Assembly (NCBI GenBank): GCA_044221725.1
Contig: JBGAON010000003.1
Location: forward strand, 224,001 to 288,000
From: Elusimicrobiota bacterium
GTDB taxonomy: Bacteria > Elusimicrobiota > Elusimicrobia > F11
Direction: 5' to 3'
Length of the DNA stretch: 64,000 nt
Of this stretch, positions 28,751 through 38,700 are shown piece after piece. The notes beneath the pieces were generated by a model. It was not told the DNA's origin and searched no databases. It was given only the letters and a program-made list of their open reading frames with translations. Position 1 is the first letter of the stretch; each line of letters starts with the position of its first letter. The translations under genes were made by a program, and so were the position numbers.

Positions 28751-31700
28751 ATGTTCTTAACAACTCAATCCATCAACCGCCCCATCGGAACGCTCATGGT
28801 CGTTCTCGGCGTTTGTCTGGGGGGCGTCGTCGGCATGTTTTATTTGCCGGTCGACATGATGCCGAACGCCGAGTCGTCGCAAGTGACCATTTACGTGGGT
28901 GTGCGTGGCGGCATGCCCTCCGAAGACATTGAGCATCTGGTGACCGAACCCATTGAAGAAGCGGTGGCCACGATGTCGGGGCTCAAAGAAATTCTTTCCA
29001 CGTCGAAAAAAGACCGCAGCACGATCACGCTCATGTTCGAAGATTCGGACAACGTGAAGCGCGCGCAACTCGAAGTATCCGAACGGCTTGCGCGCATCAA
29101 GGGCAAGTTGCCGCGCGAAATCGAAAAACCCATCGTCGCGCGCTACAATGAAAATGACCATCCAATTGTAATTCTCAGCGCCACGTCGTCCGTGAAAACG
29201 CCCGAAGTGATTCGCTCGCTCATTGAAAAAGATTTGAAACCCTTGCTCGCGCGAGTGCCCGGTGTTGGCAACGTCGAGATCACCGGTGGCCGTCAGCGCA
29301 AAATTCTTGTGGAGTTCGAAAAATCAAAACTGGAAATGCACACGCTGTCGATTCTTGATGTGATCCGTGAGCTCGGCCAATCGAACGTGTCATTGTCCTC
29401 CGGAAAATTTGATTCGGGGCGTGACGCGTGGTCCGTGCAGTTGATTGGTGATTTCAAATCGCTGGACGAAATGCGCGAGCTTGGCGTTTCGATTACGAAA
29501 CAAGGTTCTCGGATTCGGTTAAAAGACATCGCGACGGTGCGCGACTACTACCTGGAACCCGAATCGTACGCGCGCATCAACAACCAGCCGTCTGTGTCCA
29601 TTTACGTTCAAAAAGAGAGCGGCGCGAACACCATCAAGTCGGCGCAAGAAGTTTTGCGCACGGTGGGCGAATACCAAAAGACGCTTCCGAAAGATATCGG
29701 CATCGGCGTCTCGATTGATCAGTCGGTGGCGATCAAGCAAGCCATTTCCGATGTGCGCGGAGCGTTGACCGAAGGAGCGCTCCTCACGGCGTTTATTTTG
29801 TGGCTGTTCTTGCGCCGCATGAAACAGGTGGGCGTGATCATTCTTTCGATTCCGGTCGCTGTGCTCGGCACCTTCTTCGTGATGTTGTTGCACGGCGTGT
29901 TCATGGAAAAAATGGGCAACCCGCCGATGTTCACGATCAACGTGATGTCGCTTTTGGGTGTGGCGCTCGGTATTGGGCGCATGGTGGACGACTCGATCGT
30001 CGTGTTCGAAAATATTTTGCACCGGTATCAACAACACGTGCGCGAAGGTACCGCGTTTAACAAAGTCGAAGTGGCCATCGATGCGACGCGCGAGATGGCG
30101 CTCGCGGTGGCGTCGTCCACGCTAATCCTGGTTGTGATCTTTGTGCCGATTGTGCTTTTTAGTGAAGACATTCGGCGGCAGTTTGCCGACGTGGCGTTTA
30201 CCGTGATCGTTTCGTTGTTGTGCTCGCTCGTGATGGCAATCACGATCATTCCGCTGCTGGCTGCGCAACTTAAGGTCACATCAGGCAAGTCCGATACGTC
30301 CGACATGTTCGAGTGGGAACGGAAGTTCGGGGAATGGCGAGCCACCAAATGGGCCGCATTTCGAGCGAATATGGAATCGCCACCGCCCGACGGGAAAGGA
30401 ATGGCGCTGCGCATCGCCAAGATCGCCCGAACAATCATGAATTCGAGTCTTGTTCGCAACACGCGCCGTCTTTTTCATAGAGGGAAAGGCGATTTTTCGT
30501 GGTCACGATTGATTCGTCACTCCGAGGCGTGGGCTGTACGAAACAGAAGGTACGTGATGCTCGGCGTGGTCGCATCGCTCGTGATCTCTGTCGCGATCTA
30601 CATGAAGTTGCCCAAGGAATTTTTGGGCAGCGGCGGCAAAGACGAATTCATTATCTTCGTCGAACTGCCTTCCGGTTCAAAACTCGATGTGTCGGACAAG
30701 GTGGTCACCGCGGTCGAAAACGAAATCAACGCGTTGCCCGAGGTGAAGCAGGTCGTGAAAACCGTGTCGTCGCGCGTCGAAGGGTGGTCGTCCAAAATCT
30801 ACGTGACACTGAACAAGGGATTTGAGCGCACGCGGACCGCTGAAGACATTATCGGGGCGCTTCGCCCCAAATTGAAAACCATCGGCGCGCAATACGAGGC
30901 GTTCATTTATTTCTCGGAAGCGTCGAGCGCCAAAGAATTGACCGTCGATTTGTTTGGCAAAGACTATTTGCAGCTGCGCGATTTGGCGGTTGAAACCGCT
31001 AAGCGCATGCAGCAAGTGCAGGGCCTGCGCGACGTAAAATTGCGTTACAAACCGGGGCAACCCGAAATCCGTATGGACGTCGATCACGAACGCGCGGCGC
31101 TCTTCGGGCTCAACTCCAAAGACATTGCGGACACGCTGCACGCCGAAATCCGCGGCTTGCGAGCGACGTACTTCAATGCGGGCAACGAACAAGTGGAAAC
31201 GGTGGGCCGGCTTTCCGAGGAAGACCGGCGCACCGTCGACAATTTAAGCAATCTCACGCTTCTGTCGAACACGCGGCGTCGGAATGTGGTGCCGGTCATG
31301 CAAGTGGTGGAAGTCGGTCACGGGTTTACTCCGAGCGAAGTGTGGCGCCGGAACAAGGAGCGCGTGATTCAAGTGTCGGGCAATCGCGACAAATTGGCGC
31401 TCTCAACGGCTGTCGAAAAAGTCCAACGCGCGCTCAAAGACATGCACGTGCCCGTCGGTTACCATTACGAATTCGGTGGCGACTATCAGAAACTCGTGAA
31501 AAGCGAAAAAGAATTTCTGTACGCGTTCATTGTGATGATGACGCTCGTGTACATGGTGCTCGCGTGTTTCTTTGAGTCCTATTCACAGCCGTTCCTGATG
31601 TTGCTCACGTTGCCGCTCGCCACCGCCGGATCCATGCCGGCACTTTTGCTGACAAAAACGTCGGTCAACATGGGCGTGTACATCGGACTCCTGATGTTGG

Positions 31701-32038
31701 GGGGAACCGTGACGTCGAACGGGGTCATTCTTATCGATCGACTTAATTCCGTGCGGAAAACGCGCAGTCTTTACCGCGCCGTTCTTAAATCCGGAATCGA
31801 ACGGTCGCGCCCGATTTTTATGACGTCTCTCTCGACGATCGCGGCAATGCTGCCGCTCACATTTGAAAAAGGCGAATCCGCCGATTTGTGGGCGCCGCTG
31901 GCTCTAACCGTCGTCACCGGCATCGCGCTCTCGTCGGTGCTAACGCTGCTCGTGATCCCCGCGGCGTATGTCATGTTGGAAGACATCAAGAAGTACTTCG
32001 CGAAAGAAAACGTTTCCCCGATCCCAAACGAAGTGTAA
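28751..32038 (+). CDS. RND (AcrB/AcrD/AcrF family) transporter subunit 2
   Basis: Contains SINRPI, LPVDMMPN, IEHLVTEPIEEAV, GRMVDDSIVVFENI, LACFFESYSQPF, RSRPIFMTS and WAPLALTVVTG; 1095 aa. Confidence 0.95.
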   Translation: MFLTTQSINRPIGTLMVVLGVCLGGVVGMFYLPVDMMPNAESSQVTIYVGVRGGMPSEDIEHLVTEPIEEAVATMSGLKEILSTSKKDRSTITLMFEDSDNVKRAQLEVSERLARIKGKLPREIEKPIVARYNENDHPIVILSATSSVKTPEVIRSLIEKDLKPLLARVPGVGNVEITGGRQRKILVEFEKSKLEMHTLSILDVIRELGQSNVSLSSGKFDSGRDAWSVQLIGDFKSLDEMRELGVSITKQGSRIRLKDIATVRDYYLEPESYARINNQPSVSIYVQKESGANTIKSAQEVLRTVGEYQKTLPKDIGIGVSIDQSVAIKQAISDVRGALTEGALLTAFILWLFLRRMKQVGVIILSIPVAVLGTFFVMLLHGVFMEKMGNPPMFTINVMSLLGVALGIGRMVDDSIVVFENILHRYQQHVREGTAFNKVEVAIDATREMALAVASSTLILVVIFVPIVLFSEDIRRQFADVAFTVIVSLLCSLVMAITIIPLLAAQLKVTSGKSDTSDMFEWERKFGEWRATKWAAFRANMESPPPDGKGMALRIAKIARTIMNSSLVRNTRRLFHRGKGDFSWSRLIRHSEAWAVRNRRYVMLGVVASLVISVAIYMKLPKEFLGSGGKDEFIIFVELPSGSKLDVSDKVVTAVENEINALPEVKQVVKTVSSRVEGWSSKIYVTLNKGFERTRTAEDIIGALRPKLKTIGAQYEAFIYFSEASSAKELTVDLFGKDYLQLRDLAVETAKRMQQVQGLRDVKLRYKPGQPEIRMDVDHERAALFGLNSKDIADTLHAEIRGLRATYFNAGNEQVETVGRLSEEDRRTVDNLSNLTLLSNTRRRNVVPVMQVVEVGHGFTPSEVWRRNKERVIQVSGNRDKLALSTAVEKVQRALKDMHVPVGYHYEFGGDYQKLVKSEKEFLYAFIVMMTLVYMVLACFFESYSQPFLMLLTLPLATAGSMPALLLTKTSVNMGVYIGLLMLGGTVTSNGVILIDRLNSVRKTRSLYRAVLKSGIERSRPIFMTSLSTIAAMLPLTFEKGESADLWAPLALTVVTGIALSSVLTLLVIPAAYVMLEDIKKYFAKENVSPIPNEV

Positions 32039-32040
32039 AC

Positions 32041-32095
32041 CCCTCACCCTGGCTCTCTCCCCTCACTTCGTTCGGAGGGAGGGCCAGGGTGAGGG
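32041..32095. terminator. GC-rich palindromic REP-like hairpin between convergent genes (possible bidirectional terminator)
   Basis: CCCTCACCCTGGC (32041-53) is the exact reverse complement of GCCAGGGTGAGGG (32083-95). It begins 3 nt after the RND-2 stop and is followed by TTTATTTATT. Confidence 0.7.
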
Positions 32096-32101
32096 CCTCC
32101 T

Positions 32102-32491
32102 TTATTTATTCTGGCGCTGCATCCTTTGTTGCTGATCCTGCAGGCGTTGGTTCAGTTCGTTGATGCGGTTGATTTCCTGGAGCGTTTGCAATTGGCGCTG
32201 GATGGCTGCGTCGTTCGCGGTGGTGGATTGCGGTGGAGTGTACGGCTGTCCCGGCAGACGCTGGCCTTTTCTCCGCGCTTCCTCGATGTCTTTTTGCGTG
32301 TAGGTTTTTGTTGCGCGTCCGTCGGTGGTCGTGCGCTCCGCGAGATTTGGTGGTGGCATTTCTCTGAAATTCATGGCCGACGCGCGGTCGCGTTCAAATT
32401 TTCGGAACAGAAAATATCCACCGGCGGCGACCGAAACCGCTGCAACCGTTACTCCGGTCCATAACGCCATCCGTTTCCATCCAAAACTCAT
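32102..32491 (-). CDS. Small membrane-anchored hypothetical protein with Gln-rich C-terminus (129 aa)
   Basis: GGAGG RBS before the ATG at 32491. N-terminal TM LWTGVTVAAVSVAAGGYFLF; C-terminus QRQLQTLQEINRINELNQRLQDQQQRMQRQ. Confidence 0.75.
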   Translation of the reverse strand: MSFGWKRMALWTGVTVAAVSVAAGGYFLFRKFERDRASAMNFREMPPPNLAERTTTDGRATKTYTQKDIEEARRKGQRLPGQPYTPPQSTTANDAAIQRQLQTLQEINRINELNQRLQDQQQRMQRQNK

Positions 32492-32550
32492 TTTTATCCT
32501 CCAAAAAAGCAATTCCCATCGTGAAATCAATATGAAACAAGCGCTTGAAT

Positions 32551-32699
32551 TTCACAGGTTTTTAACCTGATTTTAATGAGATTTTAATGCATTTCGCCCA
32601 TAATCAAAGAGTGATTTTTCGCGCCAAAAACACTGTTACAACACTGTTACAACTAATTTACAACTCGTTAATGCGATCTTAATCGCCTCTCGATAAACT
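32551..32699 (+). promoter_or_regulatory. Two tandem putative PhoB/OmpR-type promoters upstream of the 8369-aa giant gene
   Basis: First set: TTAA at 32562, 32573 and 32584, then TTAAT-N10-CATAAT (32599). Second set: ACACTGTTACA twice (32630-32651), ACTAATTTACA, TTAAT at 32668 and 32679, then N10-TAAACT (32694), 5 nt before the ATG. Confidence 0.6.
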
Positions 32700-32704
32700 A
32701 ACTT

Positions 32705-35700
32705 ATGATGCGTCGAATACCGTCGAAAAACGTGAGCATTTTAAAAAAATTCACAGCGGTTGCTGTGTCGGCTATTTATTTGCAGGTGAACATTGTTTGG
32801 GCCACTCCCACGCAAAATCCTGCCACGCTTCTCACGCATTCTCCGACGATTTCACAATTCTTCACGCACTTCTCCAAACCTGCCGATAACACTCCGATTG
32901 TTTTCCACGCGAATCCCGCCGACGATCCGAACCGGTTCCTCCGCAATCAACGTAACGAACAAGCGTTCATGAACCCCGCCGACGTGGCGACACGCGAAGC
33001 GCGCGCGAACGACGCGCAAGTCGGGCTGGGATTCACGGGCCGAAACCCCGCGGGCCAGATAACACAACGGTTGGGGCTGCCCGTAGAAAATTTGACGGTC
33101 GGCGACCTGTTAAGAGTGGTTCCAGTTCGAACACGCGAAGCAATTCTCGATGCATTCAAGAAAGACGACGGCGCTGCGCTGAAGCTCGACGTGCAAAACG
33201 GAAGGATCGTGATCACCGGAAAAGAAGGCAACAACACGGTCACGATCAAAGCGGACATCAAGCACGAAGGTGGCCGGCAAATTCTCGCGGTGAATCGGAT
33301 CGACAAGTCTGTTACGCAAGAGCGCCGACCGGAGAACGCCGCCGACAAACAGGAAAAAGGAAAAGTCACCGAGCAAGATGTGCTCGGCAAGCAGCACACG
33401 ATTGACGGCCAGAAATTTGACGTGAAGAAAAACGAAGCCGGTCAGTTGGTGCCGGTCGACCCGGCGACGGGCAAACAGATCAAGCCGGTCGTCGAGAACA
33501 AAATGAAAGACGTGTACGGCCGAATCCACAACGTGAAGATGGAAGTGGATCATTTCGAGCTGCGCGACGGCCAGCTGTTGGCGGTGGGACGAAACCTGAA
33601 CCTGAAAGGCGGTGTGGATTTCCGTTTCGGTGGTGCTGACGACGGCGCGGGCGACGGAAAAGGTTTCGGTAACGTTCCGGGCAGTCACAATATTACAGCG
33701 ACGATTCGCGACGGCGGCGTCGGCGTGTTCCAAGTGACGGACCCGAAAAAAGAGTCGGCGGTGGGTGTGATTGTGCGCGTGAACTTGGAAAACGGAAACG
33801 CACGGCTTGATCACGCGGCGGTTACGTACCAGCCCATCAATCCGACATCGACCGATGTGAAAATTCAATTTCAAGCGAACAACGGCGCGATCACGCAACT
33901 CGCGACATCGAAAGACGCCGGCACAACCGCGGTGGGTAATCAACAGCTCCACATGACCACCTGGAATGTGGAAAGCGGCGCCGAGACAGTGAAGATGAAC
34001 GTGAAAGGCAAAGAAGTCGGTGTGCTCGCGTACCTGAACATTCAACGCGGCACAATTTTATCCGATCAAAAGGGCGGACTCGTTGGGCACGCGGTTGTCG
34101 ACGAGAAAACAAACACGGCGACACAAATCTATTTTGCGGGGAACGCCCGCGGGCAAGAACTTGCGGCGCTCGCGGTCACGGACAAACAAAACGGCAAGCT
34201 TGAAAAAGTGGACGTGATTCTGCAGAGCGAAAGCGGAAAGATGAACAAAACGCTGAACAAAGATTCGGACGTGAAAGTCGAAGCTGCTACGCTCGCGAAG
34301 CTTGAGAAGTTGGATTTCAACGGGATGGACCGCGCCGCGATAAAACAAGCGATCACGGCCGTCGTCGGCACCGGCAAAGAATCGTCGGGTTACGAAGTGA
34401 ACACGAAGGTGAAGGTGAACGGCGCCGAAGCCGATTTGAGAATCACGACCGGAAAAGACAAAGACGGAAAAATGGTCATCCTGATCGGAACGAACAACCG
34501 TGACCTGGCGATAAAAATCTTTGGCTCAGAAACGGTGGCGAAAGCCGAGAACAAAGTCAAAGAACAATTCGACAGCGTGAAGAAGGAGCTTCCCGCCGAC
34601 GCAAAATTCACCTACCTCGAAGCGAACGGCCGCATGCAGGCGCAAGTGGTGTTCAAAGTTCCAGGAACGGACCGCTTGGCGTCCATTCTCGTCGACGTGA
34701 ATCTCGAAAAAGCGGACGAGCCGACGACAGTCGTGCGCGACGGAAATGCCACCGAATATCTTTTTGGCGCTGGGCGCGCTCCCGGCATATCCGTGGAAGG
34801 ATTGCGCACCAACATTCGCGAATCGATTGGCAATCTGGACAGGCAGATCGCGGCCGAAACGACGCCGAGCAAGAGACTCGACGAACTAAAAGCAACGCGC
34901 GCGAATTTCGCGGAAAGCCTGAAGAAGCTTGATTCTCCTGAAACAAGAATCAAAGTCACGCAAAGCACATCGATTGGTGCGCTGAATTTCAATCACCTGA
35001 GCATCACTTACAAAGACGGCGGGGAAGAAAAAACGATTTCTGCCGTTTCTATCTCGCAAGGCGAAAACCCCGGCGTGTTGCGGTTTTCCGTTGAAGCGAT
35101 GCAAACGCTGGCTGGAAAATCGGCAATGGATTCACTCGAAAATCGCGTTGTTGGCAACGCACTGCCGCTTTTCGAAGCACTGGGCATTTCAAAAGCAAAC
35201 GTGAGTGTGAAGTTGGAAGGCGTCACTGTTGGGGCGGACATCCAATTTAATTCGCTAGCGACGGTCACGCGGGGAACCGAAAAAATTGCGGTGCCGGTGA
35301 ATGGTTCCATCGCGAACCCCACGATTGACGTGGACTCCGCCGTGCGCCTCGTTGGCAAAGACAAAATCCAAGGGTTCGAAAATGCGCTTCGTCAGGACGC
35401 TCTTGGCGGCGTGCAGCTCGCCATCGCGCAGGCGCCCACCCCGCAAGCAAAAGCGGAAGCTGAAAAAGTGCTCGCTGTGATGAAAGCGGCGTTGGCGGAC
35501 CCCAACACAAAGGCCATGCAATTTTCTGTGGGCGACAACGGCCAGTTAACAATGACGATGCGCGGTAAAGATTCGAACCAGCAAGATTTGCTGATCGTCG
35601 GCACCATGGGCTACAAGGGATTTGAAATAGCGGCCGCGCGCGGCGCCAATTGGCTGCTGTCGCAGACAACGATGACAGACCCATCGACGAGAGCGGTGGT

Positions 35701-38700
35701 GCAGCAAACGTTTATCACGGTCTCACGACCAACCGAGGCGCTCGCGTCTGTTATCGGCGCCGTCTTCACGCCCGCATCAACATCAATCGAAGTCATGCGG
35801 GTGACGGCCGATCGTGGGCTGGTCTCGCGCGATTCTGTGAGATCCATCGAGCGCATCGCCGGCCGAGAAATTGTGTCAGAGAAAATAATTTCGAGCGATC
35901 AATCGACCGGTCAGCGCATTGAAGATCTTTATACACCAGGTTCCCACACAACCCGCTATTTCGAGAACGGCGTTGAAGCGGCCCAGCCAATCCGCGGCAT
36001 TTGGGGCGCCGTGAGTGGGATTACTTACCAGTTCAACGGACGCGACCTGGCCGCCTCGTGGACCAACTTGGAAAGCCGCGCCGGCGATGGCACCAGCATT
36101 TTGTTCCTCACACGAAATGGTGTGCGCGAAGGGCACGTAGAGAAATCAGCGGAAAGAAATTCGCTCGATTTCATTTACACGAACGCTTCCTCGAACGGCG
36201 CTGTTTCGTTCGTCGGCCAAAGAATTGAACGCACGAGCGATTCTTCGCTGACCGCGCAGTCTGTCGGACAATTGGTTCACTTAAAAATGGACGACGGAAA
36301 AATTGTGTTGGGTATTTACGGGGAGGGCCGGGGCCTCACGCTTGAGCGAAATTTAACCGACAACAAAAAAATCGGACTTGGAGATTCGTTCCGGTTTGAT
36401 GGAAACCAAGTTACGATCATCGCGAAGCCCGGCTCGCGTACCGGTGAAACTCAGATTGATACGGCGATCGAAGGTCAAATTGGTCGTTTGACAACAGTTC
36501 TCTCGCCCGACGGTCTAAAAACCGGCGTCGTCACAAAAATCGAAAACGAAACAAAGTTGACGCACACATCCAACGGACGAACGAGCGAGTTTACGCTTCC
36601 CGCCGGCACGGTTGGCCTCACCATTGGAAACGAATTCGTGGTGACCTCACAAACTCGAGCAACCGTGGTATCGGATGGCCGGACAAATAACGTTTTGATT
36701 GATCCCGGATCGAAATTTTCGTTCGCGGTCACGCCGACCAACAATGTCGGCGGTCAACTCGGAAGTATGGTGAGCGGAAGTTACTACGTCGAAAATGGTC
36801 ACCTGAACGCCGGAAAAATTTCCAACGAATCGAGTGTCCTTCAAATGCAGGGTGGTGGTCGTGGTGCGCAAGCAAATGAGGTGGTCGACCGCGAAGTGGA
36901 TGCTGAAGGCAACACCGTGGTGGTTCGTGGACGAATTTATGTGCAAGACAATCAGCTGAAGTTCAGGGAAGGAACGCTGTTCAATAACGTCGCCGTTGAT
37001 GAGCGGTACGTGCGAAGTTTTGATTACCGCGTCGGCGCCGGCGACAAATACGCGGTGCTTCAAAAAGATGGATCGTTTCAGGCGGCGTTCCGTTCGCGCT
37101 TCTCGTTAAACAATGAAATTCGCGCCGACATGGAAAAATTTATCGACAAAGCCGAAATTCGCGCTCAATACATCAAAGAAAATGTTGCGAAGGTTGTCGT
37201 TTTCGACTCTCAGGGACAGCGCGTCGGAGAGTATTCGGTTAACTACAAAGATGACATGCAGCGCGTCCAAGAGGCGCACGGCGTATCCGGAGGTTCCGGG
37301 GGCGCCGGAGTTTATTTCACAGATACGAATCGCGTTCGAATCAAAAATGGTGCACTTCAATTTGACAGCGAGAAAAATGACGAGAAAGAGGTTTTTCACG
37401 TCCTCGATGGCAACGGAAAATTCCAGCAGCGAAACGAAATCTCAATCATCCCGAAATTCGAGATCCAAGTTGGCAATCAAAAGGCAACGGTAAAAATTAC
37501 CGAGCTGCAAGACGCCGGCGGAAAAACCATTGTTAAGTCGATCAAGTTGTTCGATGGCGCCGGCAAACTGTTAAGAGACGTTAGCGAGGTTTCCAATCTA
37601 AGACTCGCGAAGGCCGAACAAGGCAAAGATCAGCAAACCAAATACGACGCCCGAGAAAATCTCGAGCGTGAGATTCAAGACTGGAAGTCGTACGCGGAAA
37701 CCAAAAAGGTGCCGGGTCAGGAAAATGCGCTCGGCTATCTGTTACGTGACCGATCGGCTGACATGTTTGCTGTGCAACGCAATGACATCGGCCGCCCCAG
37801 TTTCATCGGACTTCTGCAAGTAGCCGTTCAAGGAGTTGTTGTTCAGCCCCTCGAAGCTCTGTATTCACTGACGATTTCTCGCACGACAACTGTTTCCGAT
37901 TGGATGGCGCGCAACAATCTGTCGATTCAAGGGATCGAGGCCAAAGGCAACGCGGCCGACTGGTCCGCTTTTACGAGGCAGATCGAACGCGGAGAAAAGC
38001 CGTCGTCGGATATTTTGAAAGCGGTGGGCCTGCAGAAAAACGGATTTGCGCTCGATACGTTCATCAGCGTCGATTCGTTTTTGGGACATATGTTCGCCGC
38101 TGACAAAGCGATGAACATGGTAGATGCGAGGGGAAATGTCAGCATTAAGAATATTGGACTCGCGGGAGGAATTTGGGTCGCCACCGTATTGTCGGGTGGG
38201 AGCGCAAGCGCGGCGACAAGCGTTGCGGCGAACGGCGTTCGTGCCGGTTGGTTGTCACGTGTGGTTTGGGGTGGCGCCAGCAGCACCCGAGCTGCCATCG
38301 GTGCGCAGCTTGCGCGCTACAACGTTGTGGGTGCGGTGAGGGGCGCGGGTTTTTGGGGCACAGCGAGGGGTATAACACTCGGTGGTTTTCAACTTATGTT
38401 GCGCGCCGAAGCCGTTAACGCAATCGATCAGGTGCTCACCTCCTACAACATAGAAGGATTTTCCGATAACACCTCAAAATTAACGGTGACCGCCATCTGG
38501 AAAGTTGCGCTCAGCGAAATTTATTTTGCGGCACCGTTGCTCGCTCCTTTGTTCGGATCGTCGCGGGCCGCGACGTTTGGAGTTACGGCAAATTGGCTAA
38601 CCACGGCGAAAAATTTTTCGGAATCGTCCGCAGCGGGTACGTTGCTCGTCCTTCGTTATACATCCACGGCACTTGTCGGCGCAGCAATCGGAGCTGGCTC

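Noticed and set aside
22692..32038. Classical type I secretion system for the giant proteins
   Set aside because: There is no ABC transporter or HlyD adaptor, I saw no RTX GGxGxD arrays in either giant, and the second giant has a Sec-type N-terminus.
32630..32684. Direct repeats as a CRISPR array or iterons
   Set aside because: The units are only 11 bp with no spacers, and no cas or rep genes are present.
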